Assembly (NCBI GenBank): GCA_016795345.1
Contig: JAEUHO010000223.1
Coordinates: forward strand, 1 to 43,166
Direction of reading: 5' to 3'
Length of the DNA: 43,166 nt
DNA from: Planctomycetia bacterium
GTDB taxonomy: Bacteria > Planctomycetota > PLA2 > JAEUHO01
Shown piece by piece: positions 9,634 through 18,597 of the stretch (positions within the stretch are counted from its first letter, which is position 1; every line of letters begins with the position of its first letter). A model generated the notes under the pieces. That model made no database searches and was not told where the DNA came from. It saw nothing but the letters and a program-made list of their open reading frames with translations. A program made the translations under genes and the position numbers.

Positions 9634-10851
9634 GTGAGGCTCCTCGGCCCCGACGGCGCCGTGCGGTGGCTCGCGTACGGCATGAACGTGCACGCCGGCG
9701 GGTCGCCCGAGGTCCTCGAGGAGGCCCTCCGCACCACCGTGGACCCCCTGCGGGAGCGGCTCGACGTGGACGGGCCGTTCGGGCTCGCCGTGCGGCTCGA
9801 CCGCGAGGGCGTCGAGGCGCTGCTCGAGGACGACGAGCGTTGCCGCCTCCTCGGCGACCTCCTGCGCGCGCAGGACCTCGTGCCCTTCACCGGCAACGCG
9901 TTCGTCGCCGGCGCGTTCCACGACGCGGGCACCAAGGCCGCGGTCTACCGCCCGACGTGGGACGACCCCGCGCGCGAGGCCTACACCCTCGGCTTCGCCC
10001 GCGTGCTCGCCGCCTGGTCGGCGCCGGGCGCCGAGGTGTCGCTCTCGACGTCGCCGCTCTCGTTCAAGCCCTTCGGCGACGGACCGGGCCTCGCGTCGGC
10101 GGCGGCTCGCCGCCTGGTCGCCACCGGCGCGGCCCTCGCCGACCTCGCCGACGAGACCGGGGTGAAGGTGCGGCTCGCGCTCGAGCCCGAGCCGCTCTGC
10201 ACGCTCGAGACGACCGACGAGACCGTCGCGTTCTTCACGGGCCCGCTCGCCGCCGCCCTCGAGGCGGCCCCCCGCGCCCGGGCCCACCTCGGCGCCTGCT
10301 ACGACGTCTGCCACCAGGCCGTCGAAGGCGAGGACCCCGAGGCGGGCCTCGCGGCGCTCGCGGCGGCGGGGATCGTCATCGCGAAGGTCCAGCTCTCCTG
10401 CGCGCTGGTCGTGCCCGACCCGTCGTCGCCCGCGCACCGCGCCGCCGTCGCCCGCTTCGACGAGGGCCGCTGGCTCCACCAGGTCGCCGCCGGCGGCGGC
10501 GCCGCGCCCCTGCGCCGCGCCGCCGACCTGCCCGAGGCGCTCGCGGGCCCCGACGCGGCCGCGTGGGCCGCGGCGGGCCCGTGGCGCGTGCACTGCCACG
10601 TCCCCGTCCACCTCGACGCGTTGACGCCGCCGTTGCGGACGACCCAGCCCGTCCTCGCGCGGGCCTTGCGTGCCGCCCTGCGGCCGGGCCTCACGTCGCA
10701 CCTCGAGATCGAGACGTACACGTTCGACGGCCTGCCCGCGGAGGTCCGTGCCGGCGGCCTCGTGGCCTCGCTCGCGCGCGAGTACGCCTGGGTGCTCGCG
10801 CGCCTCCGCGAGGACGGCGTCGTGCCCATGCCCGCCGAGGAGGAACCGTGA
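9634..10851 (+). CDS. Xylose-isomerase-like TIM-barrel protein, EboE-like
   Basis: LAYGMNVHAGGS, NAFVAGAFHDAGTKAAVYRPTWDDP, LEPEP, CYDVCHQAV and HCHVPVH resemble the EboE (metabolite traffic protein) pattern as I recall it. Confidence 0.62.
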   Translation: MRLLGPDGAVRWLAYGMNVHAGGSPEVLEEALRTTVDPLRERLDVDGPFGLAVRLDREGVEALLEDDERCRLLGDLLRAQDLVPFTGNAFVAGAFHDAGTKAAVYRPTWDDPAREAYTLGFARVLAAWSAPGAEVSLSTSPLSFKPFGDGPGLASAAARRLVATGAALADLADETGVKVRLALEPEPLCTLETTDETVAFFTGPLAAALEAAPRARAHLGACYDVCHQAVEGEDPEAGLAALAAAGIVIAKVQLSCALVVPDPSSPAHRAAVARFDEGRWLHQVAAGGGAAPLRRAADLPEALAGPDAAAWAAAGPWRVHCHVPVHLDALTPPLRTTQPVLARALRAALRPGLTSHLEIETYTFDGLPAEVRAGGLVASLAREYAWVLARLREDGVVPMPAEEEP

Positions 10852-11363
10852 GCGCCCGCCCGCCGATCCGCACCGTCCTCGTCGTCGTCTCGGACCGCGC
10901 GGCCGCGGGCACGCGGCCCGACGCGACCGCCGCGCTCCTCCGCCCCGTCCTCGCCGCCCGCGGCTTCGCCCTCGACGAGGTGGTCGTCGTGCCCGACGAG
11001 CGCGCCGAGATCGCCGCCGCGCTGCGCGCGCGGGTGGGGGCGTTCGGGCTCCTCCTCACCACCGGCGGCACCGGCGTCGCCCCGCGCGACGTGACCCCCG
11101 AGGCGACGCGCGACGTGATCGAGAAGGAGGTCCCCGGGCTGACCGAGGAGATCCGCCGGCGCAGCGCGGAGCGCACGCTCAAGGCGCTCGGGAGCCGCGC
11201 CGTCGCCGGCACCGTCGGGACGTCGCTCGTGCTGAACCTGCCCGGGCGGCCGGCGGGGGCGGTGGAGGCGTTCGAGTTCGTCGCGGAGGTCGTCCCGCAC
11301 CTCGTGGACCTGCTCCGGGGGCCCGTCCCGGACGCATCGCACGGGGGGGGACCGGTCGCCTGA
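10848..11363 (+). CDS. Molybdopterin adenylyltransferase / MoaB-MogA family protein
   Basis: LLLTTGGTGVAPRDVTPEAT and LNLPGRPAGA motifs. A GTG start overlaps the upstream stop (GTGA 10848-10851). Confidence 0.85.
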   Translation: MSARPPIRTVLVVVSDRAAAGTRPDATAALLRPVLAARGFALDEVVVVPDERAEIAAALRARVGAFGLLLTTGGTGVAPRDVTPEATRDVIEKEVPGLTEEIRRRSAERTLKALGSRAVAGTVGTSLVLNLPGRPAGAVEAFEFVAEVVPHLVDLLRGPVPDASHGGGPVA

Positions 11364-11370
11364 CCGGGGG

Positions 11371-11382
11371 ACGCGAGGCCCG
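11371..11382 (+). repeat. Dispersed 12-mer ACGCGAGGCCCG (forward copy), upstream of lipoprotein gene
   Basis: Exact match, intergenic. Confidence 0.8.
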
Positions 11383-11425
11383 GCCGCCTCCGCGGCGTAG
11401 GATGCACGGCTCGGAGGTCCCCCCC

Positions 11426-13216
11426 ATGCGCACCCGGCTGCCCGCCGGGCGGGGCGTCATTGCGACGCTCTTCGCCCTGTTCCTCGCCGCTTGCGGCACC
11501 TACAGCACGCACACCGACCCGATCTTCCGGGGCGTGATCGGGCCGGCCGGCGGGACCGTGGCCGCGGGCCCCGTGACCCTCGTGATCGCGCCGGGCGCGC
11601 TGCTCACCGACCTCTCGGTGGTCATCCTCCCGCAGCCCGACCCGCTGCCGATCGACCCGGCCGCCGGCGACGTCGACTACCTGCCGGGACTGCACTGCAT
11701 CGGCCCGGTCGGGCAGGGCCTCGCGCAGCCGTGCGTCGTCCGCATCTGCTACGACCCCGCCGACGTCCCGCCCGGCGCGACCCTCGCCGACCTCGTCCTG
11801 CTCGAGTGGGACGAAGCCGCGCAGCTCATGCGCGTGCGCGCGAGCGCGAACCACGACACGACGACGAACTGCTTCGAGGACACCTTCTACGGCGAGCTGG
11901 GCCACATCGGCGTCGGCGTGCGCACGCTGCAGTTCGACTTCGTCGTCGCGGCCGCGCCGCTCGTCGGCGGCGCGGGCGGCCGCGGCGCGAACGACCTCTT
12001 CCTCTGCGACAGCGGCGGCGGGGCGTCCCCCGTCGTCGTCCCGAACACCGCCGACGCGTTCTCGTACATCGCGTCGGGCGACGGCCGCTACGTGAGCTTC
12101 CTGCGGTCGGACAGCCAGGCCGAGACCAACGCGATCTTCGCCGTGGACGTCCTCGACGGCACCGAGGTGTTCGCGAGCGACCCGGACCTCTCGGTCCTGT
12201 CGCGGGACTCGCTGCACGGGTGGTTCCCCGGCCAGCCGACGAACCTCTTCTACACCCACGAGTTCGCCTCGAAGGGCTTCCAGCACATCCTCGCCGACGC
12301 CGACATCGGCGGCGCGGCCCACGAGAACCTGCGGGACGGCGACTTCGAGGAGTCGCTGATCGATGTCCGGATCTCGCCGGACGGGACCATGGCGATCCTC
12401 CGGTGGGAGGACTTCTTCGAGGGGGGGCAGTTCATCGACGTCGTCTCGACCTCGACCGGCGCGCTGCTCGGCGGCGACCTCCCCGTCCTCCCGAACGGCT
12501 TCCAGAGCCCGATGCCGCGCTGGTTGCCGGACTCGTCGGGGATCACCTTCGTGGACGGCGTCCTGCTGCGGCGGATCGACCGCGACGGCGACAACCTCGC
12601 CACGCTCTGGACCGCGCCCTCGCCGCTCCTCGACGCCGCCGTGGCCGACGGCTTCGTCGCCACGAACCCCGGCGTCGCCCGTGTCGCGTACGTCCGGACC
12701 ACCGGCTTCCAGATCTCGCCGGCCGGCGGGAACCAGTTCCCGACCACCTTCTTCGGCACGGACGTCCTCGCCGGCGGCGCGGCCGTCGAGCAGGACCTCG
12801 GCGGCATCTACGGGCTCGCGGAGCTGGCGTGGCACCCCGACGGCGCCACGGTCTGGTGCCAGCTGACCCAGTTCAGCCAGCTGATCGACGGCGGGTTCGG
12901 CGCCGTCATCGAGCCGCCGCCGTTCGCCTTCGAGTTCCTCGTCGCCTTCGACGCGGCGACCGCCTCCACGAACCGCGTGATCAACGCGCTCTTCGGCGCC
13001 ATGGACGTCGACAAGGTCTCGGGCAGGGTCCTGCTGTGGATGGAGTCGGCCTCGCAGGACGAGCAGTTCCCCGCGTCCGGCGTCTGGCTGCTGGACGCCG
13101 ACGGCACCGGCGGGACGAGCGTCTCGCTCGGCAACCTGGTCCCGATCGAGGCGCCGCGGTTCCTGGTCTCGTGGCGCAGCGGCGTCTGCGGGTCGTTCGG
13201 GTCGCTGGTTCGCTGA
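11426..13216 (+). CDS. Lipoprotein with TolB/PD40-like beta-propeller character
   Basis: Lipobox FLAAC after a basic N-terminus, with GGAGG 8 nt upstream of ATG 11426. PD40-like segments are present (SGDGRYVSFL, ISPDGTMAIL, WHPDGATVW). The function is unknown. Confidence 0.6.
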   Translation: MRTRLPAGRGVIATLFALFLAACGTYSTHTDPIFRGVIGPAGGTVAAGPVTLVIAPGALLTDLSVVILPQPDPLPIDPAAGDVDYLPGLHCIGPVGQGLAQPCVVRICYDPADVPPGATLADLVLLEWDEAAQLMRVRASANHDTTTNCFEDTFYGELGHIGVGVRTLQFDFVVAAAPLVGGAGGRGANDLFLCDSGGGASPVVVPNTADAFSYIASGDGRYVSFLRSDSQAETNAIFAVDVLDGTEVFASDPDLSVLSRDSLHGWFPGQPTNLFYTHEFASKGFQHILADADIGGAAHENLRDGDFEESLIDVRISPDGTMAILRWEDFFEGGQFIDVVSTSTGALLGGDLPVLPNGFQSPMPRWLPDSSGITFVDGVLLRRIDRDGDNLATLWTAPSPLLDAAVADGFVATNPGVARVAYVRTTGFQISPAGGNQFPTTFFGTDVLAGGAAVEQDLGGIYGLAELAWHPDGATVWCQLTQFSQLIDGGFGAVIEPPPFAFEFLVAFDAATASTNRVINALFGAMDVDKVSGRVLLWMESASQDEQFPASGVWLLDADGTGGTSVSLGNLVPIEAPRFLVSWRSGVCGSFGSLVR

Positions 13217-13246
13217 CCCGGCGTCCCTCGCGGGAGCGGGCCGGCG

Positions 13247-13810
13247 TCAGCGGACGCCGGCGTAGTACGTGCAGGCGGCGGCCAGCGTGGGCTGGATCCA
13301 CGGATCGACCTCGTCCACCTTGCCGGTGATCCGGAGGGTGACGAGGCCCGCGGCGGCGATCAGCACCACGAACGACTGCACGTGCTCGAAGAGCAGCGTG
13401 CTCGCGTCCGTCGGCGGCCGGACCTGGGCGAGGAACCAGCGGACGAGCACGCCGATCGCGAACGCCCCGACCACGATCACGAGGGGCTGCTGGCTCTCGG
13501 TGAGGCGGTGGTCCTTGAACCACAGCCAGGCCCCGTAGGAGATGGCCACGAGGAACAGGAATCGGACCGTGCCGGTCGGGAGGCCCAGCGGCGGCCTCGG
13601 CTTGGTGCCGTCGGCGGCGCTCCCGCTCACCACGACGTGGTCGCGCGACGCGCGGGAGGCGAAGTACGCCGCGGCGCAGACGAGCAGCGCGGCCCCGAGC
13701 CACGACGCGATCCCGCCGTCGGCCCGGAGGTCGAGGACGGCCCGCGCGGCGAGGGCGAGGAGCGTGAGGGCGCGGATGCTGCCGACGGGCAGGCCGAGGG
13801 GGCGCGGCAT
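13247..13810 (-). CDS. Integral membrane protein, unknown function (internal duplication RPLGLPxGxxR..L)
   Basis: ATG at 13810 with GGAGA upstream. There are about 5 hydrophobic helices. The N-terminal motif MPRPLGLPVGSIRAL recurs as KPRPPLGLPTGTVRFL. Confidence 0.6.
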   Translation of the reverse strand: MPRPLGLPVGSIRALTLLALAARAVLDLRADGGIASWLGAALLVCAAAYFASRASRDHVVVSGSAADGTKPRPPLGLPTGTVRFLFLVAISYGAWLWFKDHRLTESQQPLVIVVGAFAIGVLVRWFLAQVRPPTDASTLLFEHVQSFVVLIAAAGLVTLRITGKVDEVDPWIQPTLAAACTYYAGVR

Positions 13811-13959
13811 GGGCTTCTCCGTGGAGGCCCGGATCGTAGCGGCCCCGGCGGGGGCCGCCGACCGCCGGTCCGGCCCCGGCGGCGCGGGGGGGGCGGCGGG
13901 CAGCGACCGGCGTTGTGCTATCCGGCCGGCCCGGGCCCCGCTACCTTGACGTGCTGCCC

Positions 13960-16900
13960 ATGGACGCACCCGCCTACCGTCCGACGCACCCGGTCCGCTT
14001 CGTGACGGCGGCCGCGCTGTTCGACGGCCACGACGCCGCGATCAACGTCATCCGCCGCCTGCTGCAGGACAGCGGCGCCGAGGTGATCCACCTCGGCCAC
14101 AACCGCAGCGTCCTCGAGATCGTGCAGACCGCCGTGGACGAGGACGCGCAGGGCATCGCCATCTCGTCGTACCAGGGCGGGCACGTCGAGTTCTTCAAGT
14201 ACGCGAAGGACCTCCTGAAGGAGCTCGGCGCCGACCACGTCAAGCTGTTCGGCGGCGGCGGCGGCGTGATCGTCCCGGCCGAGATCGAGGACCTCGAGCG
14301 GTACGGCGTCGAGAAGATCTTCAGCCCCGAGGACGGCCGCCGGCTCGGCCTCCAGGGGATGATCGACCATATGATGCGGGCGGCCGACTTCGAGCCGCCC
14401 CGGCTCGTCCGCGGCGGCGGGGTCCCGCGCCTCGCGCCGACGGACCGGCGGCTCCTCGCGTCCGCCATCACCACCTCGGAGCGCGCGGGCTTCGCCGACA
14501 CCGAGCTCGGCCGGGCCGTCCGCGCCGCCGCGGACGAGCTGCCCCGCGACCGCCGCTCGGTCGTCGTCGGCGTGACCGGCACGGGCGGCGCCGGCAAGTC
14601 GTCGCTCTGCGACGAGCTCGTGCTGCGGTTCCTCGAGGGGACGGCCCCGGAGGCCGGCGGCCGCGGCGGCGCGACGGTGGCCGTGCTGTCGGTCGACCCG
14701 TCGCGGCGGCGCACGGGCGGCGCGCTCCTCGGCGACCGCATCCGCATGAACTCGATCCCGCACCCGCGGGCCTACATGCGCAGCCTCGCGACCCGCGGCG
14801 CGAAGGGCGAGCTGGCCGCCGCGACGCGCGACGCCATCCGGCTCTGCCGCCTCGCGGGCTTCGACTGGATCTTCGTCGAGACCTCCGGGACCGGGCAGGG
14901 CGACACCGAGATCGTGGACCTCTGCGACGTCTCGGTCTACGTGATGACGCCCGAGTACGGCGCGGCGTCGCAGCTCGAGAAGATCGGCATGCTCGACTTC
15001 GCCGACTTCGTCGCCGTCAACAAGGCGGAGCGCCGGGGCGCCGACGACGCGCTGCGCGACGTGCGCAAGCAGGTCCGCCGCAACCGCCGCCTCTTCGACG
15101 GGCCCGACGAGGCCCTCGGGGTGTTCGGCACCGTCGCGAGCCGCTTCTGCGACGCGGGCGTGGACGCGCTGTTCGAGGCCCTCGTGGCGAAGGTCGCCGC
15201 GAAGACCGGGCGCAGCGTCCCCGTCCGCCTGCCGTCCGAGGCCACGGACCCCCGCGCGCCCCACGCCTCGACGATCATCCCGCACGACCGGACCGGGTAC
15301 CTCGGCGAGATCTCGCGCACCGTGCGCGCTCACAAGGCGTGGGTGGACGAGCAGGTGCGCTACGTCCGCGACGTCGGGCACCTCGAGGGGGCCCGCGCCC
15401 TCGTCGCGCGGGAGGGCGCCGCCGCGGGCGCGCTCGACGCCGTCGAGCAGGCCCTCGCCCGCGCGCGGGCCCGCGTCGACGCCAAGGCCCGCGCCGCCCT
15501 CGACGCCTGGCCGGCCCGCAAGGCCGCGTACCTCGCGGACGCGCTCTCGTACGGGGTCCGCGACCGCGCCGTCGAGCTGCCGACGTTCACCCGGAGCCTC
15601 GCGGGCACGCGCATCCCCAAGGTGGCGCTCCCGACGTCCGACGAGCCCGGCGAGGTGCTGCGGTTCCTGCTGCTCGAGAACCTGCCCGGCCAGTTCCCGT
15701 ACACCGCGGGCGTCTTCCCGTTCAAGCGGACCGACGAGGACCCGAAGCGCCAGTTCGCGGGCGAGGGCCCGCCCGACCGCACCAACAAGCGCTTCCACTA
15801 CCTCTGCCGCGGCGAGGCCAGCAAGCGCCTCTCGACGGCGTTCGACTCCGTGACGCTCTACGGCGAGGACCCCGCCGAGCGGCCCGACATCTGGGGCAAG
15901 ATCGGCGAGAGCGGCGTCTCCATCTGCACCCTCGAGGACATGGCGCGCCTCTACGCCGGCTTCGACCTGTGCGACGCGAACACGTCGGTCTCGATGACGA
16001 TCAACGGGCCCGCGCCCATCCTGCTCGCCATGTACATGAACACGGCGTTCGACCAGCAGGTGGACGCCTTCCGGGCGCAGCACGGGCGCATCCCCGACCC
16101 GAAGGAGCACGCCGAGCTCCTCGAGCGGACCGTCCGGACCGTCCGCGGGACGGTGCAGGCCGACATCCTCAAGGAGGACCAGGCCCAGAACACCTGCATC
16201 TTCTCGACGGCGTTCGCGCTGCGGATGATGGGCGACATCCAGCAGTGGTTCATCGACCACGAGGTCCGCAACTACTACAGCGTCTCGATCTCGGGCTACC
16301 ACATCGCGGAGGCGGGCGCGAACCCGGTCACGCAGCTCGCGTTGACCCTCGCCAACGGCTTCACCTACGTCGAGTACTACCTCGCGCGCGGGATGAAGGT
16401 GGACGACTTCGCGCCGAACCTGTCGTTCTTCTTCAGCAACGGCCTCGACCCCGAGTACACGGTGATCGGGCGCGTCGCCCGCCGCATCTGGGCCGTCGCC
16501 ATGCGCGACCGGTACGGCGCCAACGACCGCAGCCAGAAGCTCAAGTACCACGTGCAGACGTCGGGCCGGTCCCTCCACGCGCAGGAGATCCAGTTCAACG
16601 ACATCCGCACCACCCTGCAGGCGCTGCTGGCCCTGCAGGACCACTGCAACTCGCTGCACACGAACGCCTACGACGAGGCCATCACGACGCCGACGGCGGA
16701 GAGCGTGCGCCGCGCCATGGCGGTCCAGCTGATCTGCACCAAGGAGTACGGCTGGCTCCGCGCCGAGAACGCCCTCCAGGGCTCGTACTTCGTGGACCGG
16801 CTGACCGACGCGGTGGAGGAGGCGGTCCTCGACGAGTTCCGCCGCCTCGACGAGCGGGGCGGGGTGCTCGGCGCCATGGAGACGCAGTACCAGCGCGGGC

Positions 16901-17247
16901 GCATCCAGGAGGAGAGCCTCCTGTACGAGCGCATGAAGCACGACGGCTCGCTGCCCATCGTGGGCGTGAACACGTTCCTGCCGGAGCAGGCCGACGGCGC
17001 CGTGCCCCGCCAGATCGACCTCTCGCGCGCCACGCTCGAGGAGAAGCGGCTGCAGCTCGACCGGCTGCGCGACTTCCAGGGCCGGCACGCCGCGGCGACG
17101 CCCGGCGCGCTCGAGCGCCTGAAGCGGGTCGCGCGGTCCGGCGGCAACGTCTTCGCCGAGCTGCTCGCGACCGTCCGCGTGGCGTCGCTCGGGCAGATCA
17201 GCCACGCGCTCTACGAGGTCGGCGGGAAGTACCGCCGGAACATGTAG
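13960..17247 (+). CDS. icmF: Fused isobutyryl-CoA mutase (B12-binding domain + MeaB-type G-protein + mutase catalytic domain)
   Basis: N-terminal B12 domain (DGHDAAINVI, GGGGVIVP), P-loop GVTGTGGAGKSS with VNKAERRG (NKxD), and mutase core (FPYTAGVFPFKR, TINGPAPILLAMY, HIAEAGANP). About 1095 aa from ATG 13960. Confidence 0.93.
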   Translation: MDAPAYRPTHPVRFVTAAALFDGHDAAINVIRRLLQDSGAEVIHLGHNRSVLEIVQTAVDEDAQGIAISSYQGGHVEFFKYAKDLLKELGADHVKLFGGGGGVIVPAEIEDLERYGVEKIFSPEDGRRLGLQGMIDHMMRAADFEPPRLVRGGGVPRLAPTDRRLLASAITTSERAGFADTELGRAVRAAADELPRDRRSVVVGVTGTGGAGKSSLCDELVLRFLEGTAPEAGGRGGATVAVLSVDPSRRRTGGALLGDRIRMNSIPHPRAYMRSLATRGAKGELAAATRDAIRLCRLAGFDWIFVETSGTGQGDTEIVDLCDVSVYVMTPEYGAASQLEKIGMLDFADFVAVNKAERRGADDALRDVRKQVRRNRRLFDGPDEALGVFGTVASRFCDAGVDALFEALVAKVAAKTGRSVPVRLPSEATDPRAPHASTIIPHDRTGYLGEISRTVRAHKAWVDEQVRYVRDVGHLEGARALVAREGAAAGALDAVEQALARARARVDAKARAALDAWPARKAAYLADALSYGVRDRAVELPTFTRSLAGTRIPKVALPTSDEPGEVLRFLLLENLPGQFPYTAGVFPFKRTDEDPKRQFAGEGPPDRTNKRFHYLCRGEASKRLSTAFDSVTLYGEDPAERPDIWGKIGESGVSICTLEDMARLYAGFDLCDANTSVSMTINGPAPILLAMYMNTAFDQQVDAFRAQHGRIPDPKEHAELLERTVRTVRGTVQADILKEDQAQNTCIFSTAFALRMMGDIQQWFIDHEVRNYYSVSISGYHIAEAGANPVTQLALTLANGFTYVEYYLARGMKVDDFAPNLSFFFSNGLDPEYTVIGRVARRIWAVAMRDRYGANDRSQKLKYHVQTSGRSLHAQEIQFNDIRTTLQALLALQDHCNSLHTNAYDEAITTPTAESVRRAMAVQLICTKEYGWLRAENALQGSYFVDRLTDAVEEAVLDEFRRLDERGGVLGAMETQYQRGRIQEESLLYERMKHDGSLPIVGVNTFLPEQADGAVPRQIDLSRATLEEKRLQLDRLRDFQGRHAAATPGALERLKRVARSGGNVFAELLATVRVASLGQISHALYEVGGKYRRNM

Positions 17248-17265
17248 GCCCGCGCCGCGCGGGGC

Positions 17266-18066
17266 TCACGCCGTCGCGACGGCCGGGGCCCGCGCCGCGG
17301 CGGACCGGGCCTCGCGTCCCGTGGCCCGGACGAGCTCCAGCCGCCCGTCGGCGTGCTCGACGAGGGCGGAGCACGAGTCCACCCAGTCGCCGTCGTTCAG
17401 GTAGAGCGTGCCGTCCACCATCCGCATCGCGGGGACGTGCACGTGGCCGCAGACGACGCCGTCGGCCCCGCGGCGGCGCGCGAACGCCGTGGCGAGCCGC
17501 TCGAAGTCGCCGAGCGCGGCGATGGCGCCGTTGGCGCGGCCCCGGACGTACGTGGCGAGCGAGGCGTACGGCCGGCCGAGGCACCGGCGCACGAGGCGCC
17601 ACGCGGTGGGGATCCCGAGGCCCCGCAGGAGGCCGAGGAAGCCGTGGGCGAGGGGCACGAGCCAGCGGTGCTTCGTCACCACCGGGTCGAACGCGTCGCC
17701 GTGGACCACGAGCAGGCGGCGGCCGTCGGCGGTCTCGTGCATGGCCTCGAGGGTCACCTCGACGCCGCCGAACGCGTGGCCCGCGTAGCCGCGCGCGAAC
17801 TCGTCGTGGTTGCCCGGGACGTAGACGACCCGGGTGCCCTTGCGCGCCTTGCGCAGGAGCTTCTGGAGCACGTCGTTGTGGGCCTGCGGCCACCACCAGG
17901 TGCGGCGGAGCACCCAGCCGTCCACGAGGTCGCCCACGACGTACAGGGTGTCGGCGTCGTGGCGGCGCAGGAAGTCGAGGAGCTCCTCCGCGCGCGCCGC
18001 GTGGGTGCCGAGGTGGACGTCCGAGATCCAGATCGTCCGGTAGCGGGTGGGGGCGGGGTCGTCCAT
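17266..18066 (-). CDS. UDP-2,3-diacylglucosamine diphosphatase-like metallophosphoesterase (LpxH family)
   Basis: ISDVHLG, GDLVDGW, GNHDEF, HGDAFD and GHVHVP motifs. Start taken at the ATG of MDDPAPTRYRTIWISDVHLG. Confidence 0.75.
   Translation of the reverse strand: MDDPAPTRYRTIWISDVHLGTHAARAEELLDFLRRHDADTLYVVGDLVDGWVLRRTWWWPQAHNDVLQKLLRKARKGTRVVYVPGNHDEFARGYAGHAFGGVEVTLEAMHETADGRRLLVVHGDAFDPVVTKHRWLVPLAHGFLGLLRGLGIPTAWRLVRRCLGRPYASLATYVRGRANGAIAALGDFERLATAFARRRGADGVVCGHVHVPAMRMVDGTLYLNDGDWVDSCSALVEHADGRLELVRATGREARSAAARAPAVATA
17306..17317 (-). repeat. Dispersed 12-mer (reverse copy) at the 3' end of the LpxH-like gene, next to the icmF stop
   Basis: Exact match. Confidence 0.8.
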
Positions 18067-18217
18067 CTGCCCCGACCATCGGCGCGCCGTGCAAAGACTC
18101 CCCACGGGGCGCGCAAAGCCGGGGCCGCGACGGCCGCCGGGCCTCGCCGTCCCCCGAATTGGCCGCGCCCTCACGCCGGCTTGACGCGTCGGGTCGATGG
18201 TGCGGGTGGAGGTGAAC

Positions 18218-18346
18218 ATGACCCGTCTGGCCGTCCGGTCCGTCCGCCGCGCCGTCCGTCGTGCCGCCCTCGGGGTGACCCTCGGGGTCGGCCTCGTCTA
18301 CGCGGCGGTCCTCGTCTGCTGCCTGCCGCGGGAGCGCGCGGCGTGA
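18218..18346 (+). CDS. Hypothetical small single-pass membrane protein (42 aa)
   Basis: GGAGG lies 6 nt upstream of the ATG. Third codon positions are almost all G/C. The sequence has a basic N-terminus followed by one hydrophobic helix (MTRLAVRSVRRAVRRAALGVTLGVGLVYAAVLVCCLPRERAA). It is below the ORF-track size cut-off. Confidence 0.3.
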   Translation: MTRLAVRSVRRAVRRAALGVTLGVGLVYAAVLVCCLPRERAA

Positions 18347-18540
18347 CCCGGCCCCGCCCGCCCGTCGTGCGTCGCGCCGCCGTGGTGGCGACGTGGGCCG
18401 CGGTCGCGGTGGCGGCGGTGGCCGCCGTCCGGGCCGCCGCCGACCGCGCGGCCCGGCCGCCGACCCGCTGCGCGTCCGAGCTGGTCTTCCGCGGGGCGCC
18501 GCCCTCGCCGCCGGTCCTCTCGGCTCGGTCCGGCCGGTAG
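18343..18540 (+). CDS. Hypothetical small membrane protein (65 aa), possibly translationally coupled to the previous small ORF
   Basis: A GTG overlaps the previous stop (GTGA). One hydrophobic helix (VVATWAAVAVAAVAAV) and high GC3. There is no homology evidence. Confidence 0.2.
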   Translation: MTRPRPPVVRRAAVVATWAAVAVAAVAAVRAAADRAARPPTRCASELVFRGAPPSPPVLSARSGR

Positions 18541-18597
18541 GGGGCGCCTCCGCGGCCCGCCGCTACCCTCGCCTCCGCGGTCGTCGCGGAGGACCCC

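Noticed and set aside
11344-11351. Poly-G tracts (G7-G8 at about 4487, 11344, 12421, 13886, 40846 and 40941) as phase-variation switches or frameshift sites
   Set aside because: Reading frames are intact across the coding ones, such runs are common at this GC content, and I see no evidence of slippage.
17248-17299. 13-bp direct repeat GGCCCGCGCCGCG (17248-17260 and 17287-17299) between icmF and the LpxH-like gene
   Set aside because: It is short, extremely GC-rich, and overlaps the 3' coding end of the LpxH-like gene. It is most simply chance or part of a terminator structure.
18081-18169. c-di-GMP-I (GEMM) riboswitch call
   Set aside because: Only the two GCAAAG(CC) boxes, their spacing and a possible closing helix match. 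I could not build the P1b GNRA hairpin or the tetraloop receptor, and part of the segment is a copy of the dispersed CGGGCCTCGCCGT motif. It is mentioned in a finding as something to scan, not called as a feature.
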